Shown here: positions 28,757 to 38,574 of the stretch, in pieces
Layout: every line of letters starts with the position of its first letter
How positions within the stretch are numbered: the first letter of the stretch is position 1
Origin: an uncultured Alphaproteobacteria bacterium
GTDB lineage: Bacteria > Pseudomonadota > Alphaproteobacteria > RF32 > CAG-239
Length of the DNA stretch: 64,000 nt
Reading direction: 5' to 3'
NCBI GenBank assembly: GCA_944393215.1
Contig: CALXZL010000002.1
Location: forward strand, 141,226 to 205,225
Made by a program: the position numbers and the translations under genes
Notes under the pieces: model-generated
The model's input: only the letters and a program-made list of their open reading frames with translations
Told to the model about the DNA's origin: nothing
Databases searched by the model: none

Positions 28757-29371
28757 ATGACAGAAGAACAAAAATTACTCAAAGGCGGAAAAACGCAAAA
28801 ACTTGAAAAATCCAAAACCAAAAGTTTACCCAAAGAAGAAACCAAAAAATTAGGTGTCAGCAAAACCCGAGCCAAGAAAATTAAACACTCCTATCAAGTC
28901 AAAGATGCCGAAAACGCTTTGTTACTCAAACTAAAAGACGGTGATGTAGTGATAGAGATGTTCCCTGATGTGGCACCGAACCATGTTAAAAGAATCAAAG
29001 AGTTGGTCAGACAAGGTTTTTATAATGGCTTGAAATTTCACCGTGTGATAGAAGGCTTTATGGCACAAACCGGTTGCCCGTTAGGCAATGGTACCGGCGG
29101 CAGCGGTCAAAAGCTCAAAGCCGAGTTCAACAAAATGCCGCATAAGCGCGGTACGGTTTCGATGGCGCGATCGATGTTTCCCGATTCGGCAGACAGTCAA
29201 TTTTTCATCTGCTTTGATGATTGCGATTGGCTTAACGGGCAATACACCGTTTGGGGTGAAGTCACTTCCGGCATGGAATTTGTAGATATGATAAAAAAAG
29301 GCAGCGGACAAAACGGTGCGGTCAGCAATCCGGATGAGATTATTTCGATGAGCGTAATAGCTGATTTATAA
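28757..29371 (+). CDS. Cyclophilin-type peptidyl-prolyl cis-trans isomerase with a Lys-rich N-terminal extension
   Basis: Cyclophilin motifs are present: FHRVIEGFMAQTGCP, GTVSMAR, FFICFDDCDWLNGQYTVWGEV. A terminator lies at 29388..29422. Confidence 0.88.
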   Translation: MTEEQKLLKGGKTQKLEKSKTKSLPKEETKKLGVSKTRAKKIKHSYQVKDAENALLLKLKDGDVVIEMFPDVAPNHVKRIKELVRQGFYNGLKFHRVIEGFMAQTGCPLGNGTGGSGQKLKAEFNKMPHKRGTVSMARSMFPDSADSQFFICFDDCDWLNGQYTVWGEVTSGMEFVDMIKKGSGQNGAVSNPDEIISMSVIADL

Positions 29372-29589
29372 TAACTTATTGATTTTTCAGCTAAAGCCTC
29401 TTTTTAAAGAGGCTTTTTGCATTTTTAGACAAAAAAATGTTGTTTAAGTCCATAAAATGTGGTATAAAGAGTCTATCAAAAAATAATTATGGCAACTATT
29501 AAGGAAAAAACTAAAGTGTAGCTCTTGTTTTTAAGGGGACTTCTTTAGTCGGCGTGGTTGCTAATGTCAAATATTAAAAAATTAAAATT

Positions 29590-29877
29590 ATGTGTAAATT
29601 GAAAAAAGCCTTATTAAAAGGCGACTTCCGCGCTTTGGAAACTATGCAGTTTTGTCAAAACGATGTTGAATCAATCTTAACTGATGCCGAAGAAGCACTG
29701 AGAGATGATGAAAACCTCGTAGAGGAAACTGAAGCTCGCACACAAGCCTTAAAGCTTCGCATCGAGCGGGCGCAAAAAAGAATTAATGAAAATCGTTCAA
29801 TCATTGAAAACGGCGAAAAGCTTTTGGAAATGATGGAACAAGGGGAATGGCTGTCTGAATTTGATAACGAAGACTAA
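29590..29877 (+). CDS. Hypothetical small acidic protein, 95 aa
   Basis: The ORF is bracketed by two terminator hairpins (29388..29422 and 29896..29927). Confidence 0.4.
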   Translation: MCKLKKALLKGDFRALETMQFCQNDVESILTDAEEALRDDENLVEETEARTQALKLRIERAQKRINENRSIIENGEKLLEMMEQGEWLSEFDNED

Positions 29878-29977
29878 TATTCTCTGAAAAATATAAAATC
29901 CTTAGTCCTTGACTAAGGATTTTTTTGTCATTTACAATTATCAAAAATTTTCTACAATGACATAAAGGAGAAATTTT

Positions 29978-30484
29978 ATGCGCATTATCAATATCAACGG
30001 TCCGATAAATTCGGGCAAAAGTACCATATCAAAACTTTTGGTCAAAACCTTACCCCAAGCTCTTTTTATTGAGGTTGACGACTTACTCTCCGATGAGGAG
30101 CAAGAAATGCTCGGCTTATCTCGTCAAGAAGGTTGGCAAGAAAGAAAAAATCGTCTAAAGCAAAATATCACCCAAGAAAAAAACAAACAACAATATCAAA
30201 ACATCATTTTTGCCTATCCGATAACAGCCAAAACCTATGCCGAGTGGAAACAATGGGAAGATGAGAACACACGCTTCATCAACATCACCTTAGCACCAAA
30301 GTTAGAAGTTTGCCTGCAAAACCGCGGACAAAGAGAGCTGGAAGAAGGCGAAAAAAACAGAATTAAAGAAATGTATCAAGAAGGTTATGCTAATCCTGCT
30401 TTTGCCGATTTGATTATTGATAATTCCACTCAAACACCCGAACAAACCCTACAACAAATTTTAGATTTTTTATCCCTTAATTAA
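29978..30484 (+). CDS. P-loop NTPase / small-molecule kinase-like protein, 168 aa
   Basis: N-terminal Walker A NINGPINSGKSTISKLL. The strong AAGGAG RBS is read from the sequence. Confidence 0.55.
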   Translation: MRIININGPINSGKSTISKLLVKTLPQALFIEVDDLLSDEEQEMLGLSRQEGWQERKNRLKQNITQEKNKQQYQNIIFAYPITAKTYAEWKQWEDENTRFINITLAPKLEVCLQNRGQRELEEGEKNRIKEMYQEGYANPAFADLIIDNSTQTPEQTLQQILDFLSLN

Positions 30485-30961
30485 CACGAACGGATAACCT
30501 TCTTTTGCCTCAAACGGCTCAAATTGGGAAAGTAAGGTATCAAAACAATTTTCATCAATATAAAGCGCGTTATCATCGGTTTGCGTGCGGTTGAGAACGC
30601 GTTGTTTGGCAAGCGCCATATCACACTCCAAAACATGAAAAACAACATTTGGCGTAAGGCTTTTTGCCCATTGATAATATTCTCGGCGCTTGGCTTTGCT
30701 CCAAAAGCCATAATCCAAAATCACATTTTGTCCCTGTTGCACGGCTTGTTTGGTCTGCGCACGAATATAATCATCAACAATTTTATATTTGGCGGCAAAA
30801 TCATCGGGATTGCGCCCAAAACGCTCCTTCATAATCTCATCATGGGTAAAAAGTTTGGCAGGCAATTCCGACGCCAATTTTTGAGCATAAGTTGTCTTAC
30901 CAAAACCTAAAAAGCCACAGAGCAAAATAATTTGCGGTATATGCTTTTGAATATTATTCAT
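30470..30961 (-). CDS. P-loop kinase (AAA_33-like), 163 aa. The start at 30961 has an AGGAGG RBS; the track ORF runs to 31000.
   Basis: Walker A LCGFLGFGKTTYAQKLA, with a Walker B-like VILDYGFW. It is convergent with the upstream kinase-like gene and overlaps it by 15 bp. Confidence 0.55.
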   Translation of the reverse strand: MNNIQKHIPQIILLCGFLGFGKTTYAQKLASELPAKLFTHDEIMKERFGRNPDDFAAKYKIVDDYIRAQTKQAVQQGQNVILDYGFWSKAKRREYYQWAKSLTPNVVFHVLECDMALAKQRVLNRTQTDDNALYIDENCFDTLLSQFEPFEAKEGYPFVLIKG

Positions 30962-31019
30962 CACCCCTCCTTTTTTATAAAAGATAAAAGGAAAATTCAC
31001 TAAAACGCAAGCACAAAAA

Positions 31020-31057
31020 AAAACAGCAGGTTTTCATCCCTGCTGTTTTTTTGTTTT
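31020..31057 (-). terminator. Rho-independent terminator after acrB (acagcaggg-atgaaaa-cctgctgt + T9 on the minus strand)
   Basis: Read from the sequence. Confidence 0.7.
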
Positions 31058-34000
31058 TTAACGCAATTGGCGTTTGAGTTTTGGGCGACCTTCTTTTTCG
31101 GCGCGTTTGTTGATTCTGCGAAGCGTAATATTTTCTTCGTCAAACATCTCACCGATAATGGCAAACATCATCGGCACAAACAAAGTTGCCACGAAAGTAG
31201 ACATAATCATACCGCCGACCATACCGGTACCAATCGAGTGACGGCAAGCCGCACCGGCACCGGTTGAAACTGCCAAAGGCAAAACACCGAAGGTAAAGGC
31301 CAAAGAGGTCATCACAATCGGACGGAAACGAAGTTTCGCCGCTTCAATTGCCGCTTGGGCATAAGTCAAACCTTCATGTACTTTATCAACGGCAAATTCC
31401 ACAATCAAAATTGCGTTTTTGGCAGACAAACCGACCAAGGTTACCAAACCGATTTGGAAATACAAATCGTTTTGGATTCCGCGCATCCATGTCGCGAGCA
31501 AAGCCCCGAACACCCCGAACGGCACGGAAAGAATAACCACAACCGGCAAAGACCATTTTTCATATTGCGCGGACAGAATTAAGAAAATCATAATCACACC
31601 AAACGCAAAAGCCAAAGTTGATGCTCCGCCGGCGAGTTTTTCCTGATAAGCCGAACCAATCCAAGACAGGGCATATTCATCACCTAAAACTTGCTCTGCC
31701 ACTTCCTCCATCGCGCTAATTGCCTGACCGGAAGAATATCCTTCGGCAGGATCACCCATAACTTTGGCAGCAGGAAAGATGTTGAAACGGGTAACAAGTT
31801 CCGGTCCGGTCACACGTTTAACATGAATAAGAGTTGAAAGCGGCACCAAATCTCCTTTTGACGATTTCACATAAACATAACGCAAATCATCCGGTGTTCT
31901 GCGGAATTTTGACTCTGATTGCAAAGTCACACGGAAGTTTCTGCCCATATAAGTAAAGTCGTTAATATAAAGGCTTCCGAAAGTTGATTGCAACACCGCA
32001 TAAATGCTGTTAATCGGCACATCCAAAACCATGGCTTTTTCTCTGTCCAAATCAATGGTATATTGCGGCGTACTGACGGAAAAAGTCGTTGTAACGTTGG
32101 AAAGTTCCGGACGCTTATTGGCTGCTGTTAAAAACTCTTGAGTTTTAGCCATCAATTCTTGAGATGATTTACCTGATTTGTTTTGAATATAAGCCTCAAA
32201 ACCACCGGTGGTACTCATCCCCATAATCGGCGGCAGATTAAAAGCAAAAGCAATACCTTGCGGCTGGCTCATCCCGATTCCGGTAAAAGTTTTGGTCAAA
32301 GCCTCAGCGGATTGATTTTCTTCCAAACGCTTATTCCAGTTTTGTAATGTAATAAAGCTGACGGCTGAATACGTATTCTGGCTGGAAGAAAGCATATTAT
32401 AACCGTTAATGGTAAGAGCATTAGTCACATTAGGGTTGCTTCTGACCATATCAGCAATTTTGGAGCTGAACTTTTCGGTCCTGGGTAATGAAGATGCTTC
32501 CGGCATATTATAAGCCATAAGGAGGTTACCCATATCTTCATTTGGCACCAAGGCTGACGGAATAATCTTGAACATGGCAAAAATGGCAAACAGGAGACCT
32601 ACAAAAGCCAGCAGTGTCAATTTGCGCCATTTCAGACAAAATTCCACACCATTAATATACCACTCGGTCACTTTTTCAAAAAAGACGTTAAACCATCTGA
32701 AAAATGCCATAGGCTCTTTTTTCTGGTGCTCCTTCTTGATGATAAGCGCGCAAAGAGAGGGCGTTAAAGTCAAAGCCACAAGGGCTGAAATAACAACCGA
32801 AACGGCAATGGTCACGGAGAATTGTTTGTACATCACACCGGTCATACCACCCAAGAATGCAATCGGCAAGAACACCGAAGACAAGACCAAAGCCACGGCA
32901 ACCACAGCACCGGAAACTTCTTCCATAGCCTTAATCGCGGCTTCTTTGGGAGATAGCCCTTCTTCACTCATAATACGTTCAATATTTTCCAAAACGATAA
33001 TTGCATCATCCACCACAATACCGATTGCCAAAATCAAACCGAATAAAGTCAATAAGTTAATGGAAAATCCTAAGGCATACATTCCGGCAAAAGCACCGAT
33101 AATCGAAACCGGCACCGCCAAAATCGGAATAAGCGTGGCACGATAGTTTTGCAAGAAGAGATAAACCACGGCAATAACCAAAAGCACGGCTTCAAAAAAG
33201 GTATGAATAACCTCATTGATTGATTCGGTCACGAACAAAGTTGTATCATAAGGAATATCATAGGTAATACCTTGAGGAAAGCTCTTGGAAAGTTCTTCCA
33301 TTTTGGCTTTGACGGCTTCGGCAGTTTCCAAAGCATTGGCATCTGATTGCAAATAAATGGCAAACGCCACCGCCGGTTCACCGTTAAAACGAGAACTAAC
33401 ACTATAATCTTGTGCGCCGAGTTCGATTCTTGCCACATCTTTGAGGCGGAGCATAGCCCCGTCTTCATCGGTCGAAAGGATAATATTGCCAAATTCTTTA
33501 GCATCAGCCAAACGACCTTTGGTGTTCACCGAATAGGTATAAGGCTGAATTTCTTCCATTGGCTCTTGCCCGAACTGACCGGCGGCATATTGAGAGTTTT
33601 GCTCTTTCACGGCAGAGATTACATCTTGTGGCGTAAGGTTATGGTCTGCCAATTTATCAGGAGAAAGCCAAATACGCATAGAATAATCTTGATTAGAGAA
33701 AAGCGTTGCACTACCCACACCTTTAATACGTCTGATTTCATCCAAAACGTTCAAAAGAGCATAGTTGGAAACATAAACCGTATCATATTGATCTGAAGTG
33801 GAGCGCATGGCAATAACCTGCAAAATGGAGTTAGATTTTTCTTCCACGGTCACGCCTTGTTTAGTCACTTCGGAAGGAAGTTGCGGCGTTGCCATTTGCA
33901 CTTTGTTATTCACATCAATTGTTGCTTGGTCAGGATCGGTTCCGATATCAAAAACCACGCCCAAGGTCAAATACCCCGAAGATGTGGCGTTAGAATACAT

Positions 34001-34234
34001 ATAAATCATATTTTTAACGCCGTTGATTTCTTGTTCCAAAGGTGCTGCGACGGTATCAGCCAAAACTTCGGCAGTTGCCCCGGGGTATGTTGCCGAAACC
34101 TGAATTTCGGTCGGCACGATATTGGGATATTGTTCCACCGGCAGAGCATTCATCGCCACCAAACCGGCAAGAACAATAATCAAAGAAACAACCGTCGCAA
34201 AAATTGGTCTTTCAATAAAAAATTTAGAAAACAT
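31058..34234 (-). CDS. acrB: RND multidrug efflux transporter (AcrB/MexB family)
   Basis: At 1058 aa it has the typical N-terminus MFSKFFIERPIFATVVSLIIVLAG, 12 TM helices, and two large periplasmic loops. Confidence 0.95.
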   Translation of the reverse strand: MFSKFFIERPIFATVVSLIIVLAGLVAMNALPVEQYPNIVPTEIQVSATYPGATAEVLADTVAAPLEQEINGVKNMIYMYSNATSSGYLTLGVVFDIGTDPDQATIDVNNKVQMATPQLPSEVTKQGVTVEEKSNSILQVIAMRSTSDQYDTVYVSNYALLNVLDEIRRIKGVGSATLFSNQDYSMRIWLSPDKLADHNLTPQDVISAVKEQNSQYAAGQFGQEPMEEIQPYTYSVNTKGRLADAKEFGNIILSTDEDGAMLRLKDVARIELGAQDYSVSSRFNGEPAVAFAIYLQSDANALETAEAVKAKMEELSKSFPQGITYDIPYDTTLFVTESINEVIHTFFEAVLLVIAVVYLFLQNYRATLIPILAVPVSIIGAFAGMYALGFSINLLTLFGLILAIGIVVDDAIIVLENIERIMSEEGLSPKEAAIKAMEEVSGAVVAVALVLSSVFLPIAFLGGMTGVMYKQFSVTIAVSVVISALVALTLTPSLCALIIKKEHQKKEPMAFFRWFNVFFEKVTEWYINGVEFCLKWRKLTLLAFVGLLFAIFAMFKIIPSALVPNEDMGNLLMAYNMPEASSLPRTEKFSSKIADMVRSNPNVTNALTINGYNMLSSSQNTYSAVSFITLQNWNKRLEENQSAEALTKTFTGIGMSQPQGIAFAFNLPPIMGMSTTGGFEAYIQNKSGKSSQELMAKTQEFLTAANKRPELSNVTTTFSVSTPQYTIDLDREKAMVLDVPINSIYAVLQSTFGSLYINDFTYMGRNFRVTLQSESKFRRTPDDLRYVYVKSSKGDLVPLSTLIHVKRVTGPELVTRFNIFPAAKVMGDPAEGYSSGQAISAMEEVAEQVLGDEYALSWIGSAYQEKLAGGASTLAFAFGVIMIFLILSAQYEKWSLPVVVILSVPFGVFGALLATWMRGIQNDLYFQIGLVTLVGLSAKNAILIVEFAVDKVHEGLTYAQAAIEAAKLRFRPIVMTSLAFTFGVLPLAVSTGAGAACRHSIGTGMVGGMIMSTFVATLFVPMMFAIIGEMFDEENITLRRINKRAEKEGRPKLKRQLR

Positions 34235-34252
34235 CGGATTTATCCTTTAATT

Positions 34253-35440
34253 TTAATCTTCCACTTTGGCATCGGCTTCCAAATTATCATCGGTTGTAAT
34301 TTCCGGCGTAACAGTCATTCCGGGACGAATTTTCATCAGATTATTAATAACAACCTTATCTCCCTTTTTCAGACCGGTATCAACGATCCAGCCACCGTTT
34401 TGTGTAGAAAGACCGGTATTAATGCTGACCATTTCCACAATATTTTGCGGATTAACACGATAGACATAAGCCCCGTTTGCTCCTTGCATAACGGCTTCTT
34501 GCGGAACAATTAAAGCATCCAAACGAGTCAAACCTTCCATAACCAAGCGCAAGAATTGTCCCGGACGAATAGTTTTTTCAGGATTCGGAAATACGGCGCG
34601 CAATTTAACCGTTCCGGTAGAGGTATCAATCGTCGGATTAATAAAGTTGATTTTTCCGTTATGTTTAAATGTTTGCCCGTCGCCGAGTTTAATTTTGGCA
34701 TAAATGTTACTATCATTATACGGATTTCTAATTTTACCGCTCTCTACCATATTGGTTAAAGCCATAACCTCATTTTCGGAAGCGGAGAAAATGACATAAA
34801 TCGGATCAACTTGAGTTAAATGCGTAAGCAAACCGGCATCACCCGATGTTGAAATGAGACTGCCTTCGGATTGCACTTCCAAACTGGTCAAACCGCTAAT
34901 CGGAGCGGTAACCGTGGTATAATCCAAATTAAGCTGAGCGGCTTCCACTTCAGCCTGAGCCAATTCTTTGCTGGCGGTAAGAGCATCATAATTAGCTTGA
35001 GCGTCATCTTTGGCTTTTTCGCTGGCATAACCTTGCTTAAAGAGCTTTAAGGTTCTGTCGAGCTGGGTTTTTGAGTTTTTAACCTCGGCTTCAGCTTGAG
35101 CCAAACGCGCTTTAGCTTGATCAAGCGCCACTTTATAGGGTTTGGGATCAATTTGGAACAAAACGCTTCCCTCTTCCACATGAGAGCCTTCCACATAATT
35201 GCGTTTGAGCAAAATTCCGCCGACTTGAGCACGAACCTGAGTCTCTTTGGAACCTTGGGCACGAGCGGCAAATTCAAAACTCAATGGCACATTCTCAGGT
35301 TCGACTTCTATAACCGAAACTGTAGGTACCTGAGCGGCTTGCTGATTTTGATTACTTTTTTCTTTGCATCCGCCCAAGACCAAGAGCATGGAAGCAACAG
35401 CTAAAAACTTCTTATTAAACAACATATTAATCCTCATCAT
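34253..35440 (-). CDS. acrA: RND efflux periplasmic adaptor (AcrA/MexA family), lipoprotein
   Basis: It has a lipobox LVLGGCKE and coiled-coil and lipoyl domains. It is 18 bp upstream of acrB. Confidence 0.9.
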   Translation of the reverse strand: MMRINMLFNKKFLAVASMLLVLGGCKEKSNQNQQAAQVPTVSVIEVEPENVPLSFEFAARAQGSKETQVRAQVGGILLKRNYVEGSHVEEGSVLFQIDPKPYKVALDQAKARLAQAEAEVKNSKTQLDRTLKLFKQGYASEKAKDDAQANYDALTASKELAQAEVEAAQLNLDYTTVTAPISGLTSLEVQSEGSLISTSGDAGLLTHLTQVDPIYVIFSASENEVMALTNMVESGKIRNPYNDSNIYAKIKLGDGQTFKHNGKINFINPTIDTSTGTVKLRAVFPNPEKTIRPGQFLRLVMEGLTRLDALIVPQEAVMQGANGAYVYRVNPQNIVEMVSINTGLSTQNGGWIVDTGLKKGDKVVINNLMKIRPGMTVTPEITTDDNLEADAKVED

Positions 35441-35577
35441 TTCAGAAACAACTGTAAATAAATGTAATCTTTTTTTTCGGAAATATCCACTCTTTTATCA
35501 AAGATTTCAAGAGTTTTTATTAACTCGAGGAATGTATATGGATATGAAAAAAGCCCTCTTTTGAGGGCTTTAATTAG

Positions 35578-36255
35578 CTAAATCAAATCTAAGACGGCTT
35601 CCACGAGATTATGCGTTCCTTCCGCCACTTGGTTGATAGAGTTGGCAAGCATATAGCAAGGCGTGGTTACAATCTTGTGCTCTTCATCCACACAAACTTC
35701 GGTTGCGGCTTTATTTTCGTGTTCGGCTCCCATTTTTTTCAAACCGGCGGCAACTTTTGTATCATTACCGATAGTGAGTTTGATATGATGTTTGCCAAGC
35801 ACGCGGGCAATCACGGTCGGTGCAATACACATCGCGCCGATGACGATCCCCTCATCATAACTTTCTTCCAAAGCGCGGCGCACTTCGTGGTTGATTTCGC
35901 AATCCGCACCTTTGACGGCAAAATCGCTCAAGTTAAGAGCCGCACCGAAACCACCCGGAAAAATAATTGCATCAAAGTCTTTGGCTTTGAACTCTTGCAG
36001 GTCTTTAATTTGTCCGCGGGCAATACGTGCCGATTCGGCTAAAACATTGCGATTATCCTCATCTCCGGCAATAGCGGTGGCATGTCCGGTAAAATGGTCT
36101 ATGGTGCGGGCTTGCCAAGTGTTTGGCGCAAAGCATTGATATTCGGCACCTTGCTGGTCAATAGCCAGCATGGTCAAAACGGCTTCGTGGATTTCACTTC
36201 CGTCAAAAACGCCGCATCCGGCGAGAACAATGGCAATTTGTGGACGCTCAGACAT
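35578..36255 (-). CDS. elbB: DJ-1/PfpI family glyoxalase ElbB
   Basis: MSERPQIAIVLAGCGVFDGSEIHEAVL...GAMCIAP matches the ElbB class I glutamine amidotransferase-like fold. Confidence 0.8.
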   Translation of the reverse strand: MSERPQIAIVLAGCGVFDGSEIHEAVLTMLAIDQQGAEYQCFAPNTWQARTIDHFTGHATAIAGDEDNRNVLAESARIARGQIKDLQEFKAKDFDAIIFPGGFGAALNLSDFAVKGADCEINHEVRRALEESYDEGIVIGAMCIAPTVIARVLGKHHIKLTIGNDTKVAAGLKKMGAEHENKAATEVCVDEEHKIVTTPCYMLANSINQVAEGTHNLVEAVLDLI

Positions 36256-36358
36256 AATATTTTCCTTTCTTTTTTGGTGTAATTAATTTATTAAGAAATA
36301 TATAATAAGTTAACTCAAAATAACAAGAACAAATTAGATAAATAAGGCAATAAAAAAA

Positions 36359-37627
36359 ATGCAATGGCAAATGAGCAGATTAAAAAACGGTTTAAGAATA
36401 ATCACTTCCACGCGGGAAAATTTGGAGAGTGTGTCTTTAGGCGTGTGGGTAAAAACCGGTTCGGCTTATGAAAAAGAGGAGATAAACGGCATCTCTCACT
36501 TTTTTGAACACACTTGCTTTAAGGGAACAAAGAAGCGTAACGCGCTGCAAATCAATGAAGAGATTGAAGATGTCGGCGGACAGATGAACGCTTATACCTC
36601 GCGCGAGTTCACCGCTTATTATGCCAAAATGCTTAAAAATGATGCCGAATTGGCAGCCGATGTTATCTGCGATATTTTATTAAATGCCACTTTTCCGGAA
36701 GAAGAATTGGTCAAAGAAAGAGAAGTTGTGGTGCAAGAAATCAAACAGACGATTGATGCGCCCGATGACATTATTTTTGACTATTTTCAAGAAGCCGCTT
36801 TTCCGAACCAAGCTTTGGGACGCTCAATTTTAGGTCCGGCGGAAAAAGTCAGAAGTTTTAACGGAGATACATTAAAAAAATACATTTCCGCCAACTATGC
36901 CGGTGAGAATATGATTGCCTGCGCCGTCGGCAACATTGAGCATGATTCCTTTGTCAAAATGATTGAAGAGCGGATGAGCACTTTGCAGCCCCAAACCAAT
37001 TTCACGCCGGAGAAACAAATCTATCAAGGCGGCTTTTTCATAGAAAAAAGAGATATTGAACAAGCCCATGTCTTGCTTGGTTTTGAGGGAGAGAAATACG
37101 AGAGCAAGAGCTATTATCCGACCGTAATTTTATCCACGCTTTTGGGTGGCGGTATGTCTTCTCGTTTGTTCCAAGAAATCCGAGAAAAAAGAGGCTTGGT
37201 TTATACGGTTTATTCTTTTGCCAATTCACACACCCAAACCGGATTATTCGGTATTTATGCCGGCACCGGAAAAAAAGAGCTGGAAGAATTGATGCCGGTT
37301 GTGGCAACCGAAGTGGGCAAAGTTTGCCAAGAAAAAGTGAGCGAAAGAGAGCTTCAACGCGCCAAAGTCCAACTCAAAGCCAGTATGTTGATGGGCTTGG
37401 AAAGTTGCTCTTCTTCGGCTGAAGTTTTAGCGCGCCAAATGCTCATTTTCAACCGCATTATTCCGATTGAAGAAATGGTTGAGATGATAGAGCAAGTATC
37501 TTTGGATAACATCCAAGACACCGCTTGCAAAATCTTTTCTAAGAAGCCGACCTACACATTGTTGGGTTCTATTGATAAATATATGCCCTATGATGAATTA
37601 TGCCAAGCAATAAAGGTAAAAGCATGA
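36359..37627 (+). CDS. M16 family zinc peptidase (pitrilysin/MPP-like)
   Basis: It has the inverted zinc motif HFFEHTCFKG (HxxEH) and a downstream glutamate-containing region. Length is about 420 aa. Confidence 0.85.
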   Translation: MQWQMSRLKNGLRIITSTRENLESVSLGVWVKTGSAYEKEEINGISHFFEHTCFKGTKKRNALQINEEIEDVGGQMNAYTSREFTAYYAKMLKNDAELAADVICDILLNATFPEEELVKEREVVVQEIKQTIDAPDDIIFDYFQEAAFPNQALGRSILGPAEKVRSFNGDTLKKYISANYAGENMIACAVGNIEHDSFVKMIEERMSTLQPQTNFTPEKQIYQGGFFIEKRDIEQAHVLLGFEGEKYESKSYYPTVILSTLLGGGMSSRLFQEIREKRGLVYTVYSFANSHTQTGLFGIYAGTGKKELEELMPVVATEVGKVCQEKVSERELQRAKVQLKASMLMGLESCSSSAEVLARQMLIFNRIIPIEEMVEMIEQVSLDNIQDTACKIFSKKPTYTLLGSIDKYMPYDELCQAIKVKA

Positions 37628-38556
37628 GTGAGAATTTGACTGTTTATATTGCCGAGCCCAGAGGTTTTTGTGCCGGAGTCAGACGAGCCATTGAGATTGT
37701 TGAACAAGCTTTAAGAGATTATGGCGCACCGGTATATGTCCGTCACGAAATTGTCCATAACAAACACGTGATAGAAGACTTGAAAAACAAAGGCATGATT
37801 TTTATAGATGAATTAGCTCAAATGCAAGACCAAAGCCGCCCGCTCATTTTCTCTGCCCACGGTGTACCGCAAAGCGTGGCTGATGAAACCGATAAGCTCG
37901 GTATTAAGACCATTGATGCCACCTGCCCTCTGGTTGCCAAGGTGCATAATCAGATTAAAAAACTCTATGATGAAGATATGGAAATCATTGTTATCGGCAA
38001 AAAAAATCACGTTGAAATCATCGGCACGGTCGGACAAATTCCAAGCAGCAATAAATTGCACATCATCAATTCTAAAGAAGATATTGAGGCTCTGAATATA
38101 AACCCTGAAAGCAAAGTCGGCTTTGTCACCCAGACCACACTTTCGGTGGATGATACCAAAGAGATTGTCGCTGCATTGAAGCAAAAATTTCCGAGCATTT
38201 CTGCCATGCGCAAAGATGACATTTGCTTTGCCACCACCAACCGCCAAAAAGCCGTCAAAGAAATGGCAAAAGTCGCAGATTTGATAATTGTCATTGGCTC
38301 TAAAAATTCTTCCAATTCTAAGCAACTCAAAGAAGTAGCCTTAAAAAACGGCGCTAAAAATGCCGTGCTGATTGATGATGCTTCAGAGCTTGATTGGGCT
38401 TTGTTAAAAGAATATCAAACCATAGGTATCACTGCCGGAGCCTCGGCACCGGAATATCTGGTGCAAGATTTACTTGACCAATTAAAGTCGCGTTATGATA
38501 ATATTAAGATTATGGATGTAAAAGTAGAGTATGAAAAGGTAAATTTCAAACTCTGA
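37624..38556 (+). CDS. ispH: 4-hydroxy-3-methylbut-2-enyl diphosphate reductase IspH/LytB. The track ORF starts at 37600; the conserved N-terminus begins at MSENLTVYIAEPRGFCAGV.
   Basis: Conserved Cys-containing motifs are present (PRGFCAGV, TCPLV, ICFATTNRQ) with SxN motifs. Confidence 0.93.
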   Translation: MSENLTVYIAEPRGFCAGVRRAIEIVEQALRDYGAPVYVRHEIVHNKHVIEDLKNKGMIFIDELAQMQDQSRPLIFSAHGVPQSVADETDKLGIKTIDATCPLVAKVHNQIKKLYDEDMEIIVIGKKNHVEIIGTVGQIPSSNKLHIINSKEDIEALNINPESKVGFVTQTTLSVDDTKEIVAALKQKFPSISAMRKDDICFATTNRQKAVKEMAKVADLIIVIGSKNSSNSKQLKEVALKNGAKNAVLIDDASELDWALLKEYQTIGITAGASAPEYLVQDLLDQLKSRYDNIKIMDVKVEYEKVNFKL

Positions 38557-38574
38557 CCAAGCGGGAGAAAAACG

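Noticed and set aside
33347-34513. ORFs of 149-218 aa antisense to acrB and acrA
   Set aside because: They are nested in the RND pump genes and are His/Asn/Ile-rich junk frames.
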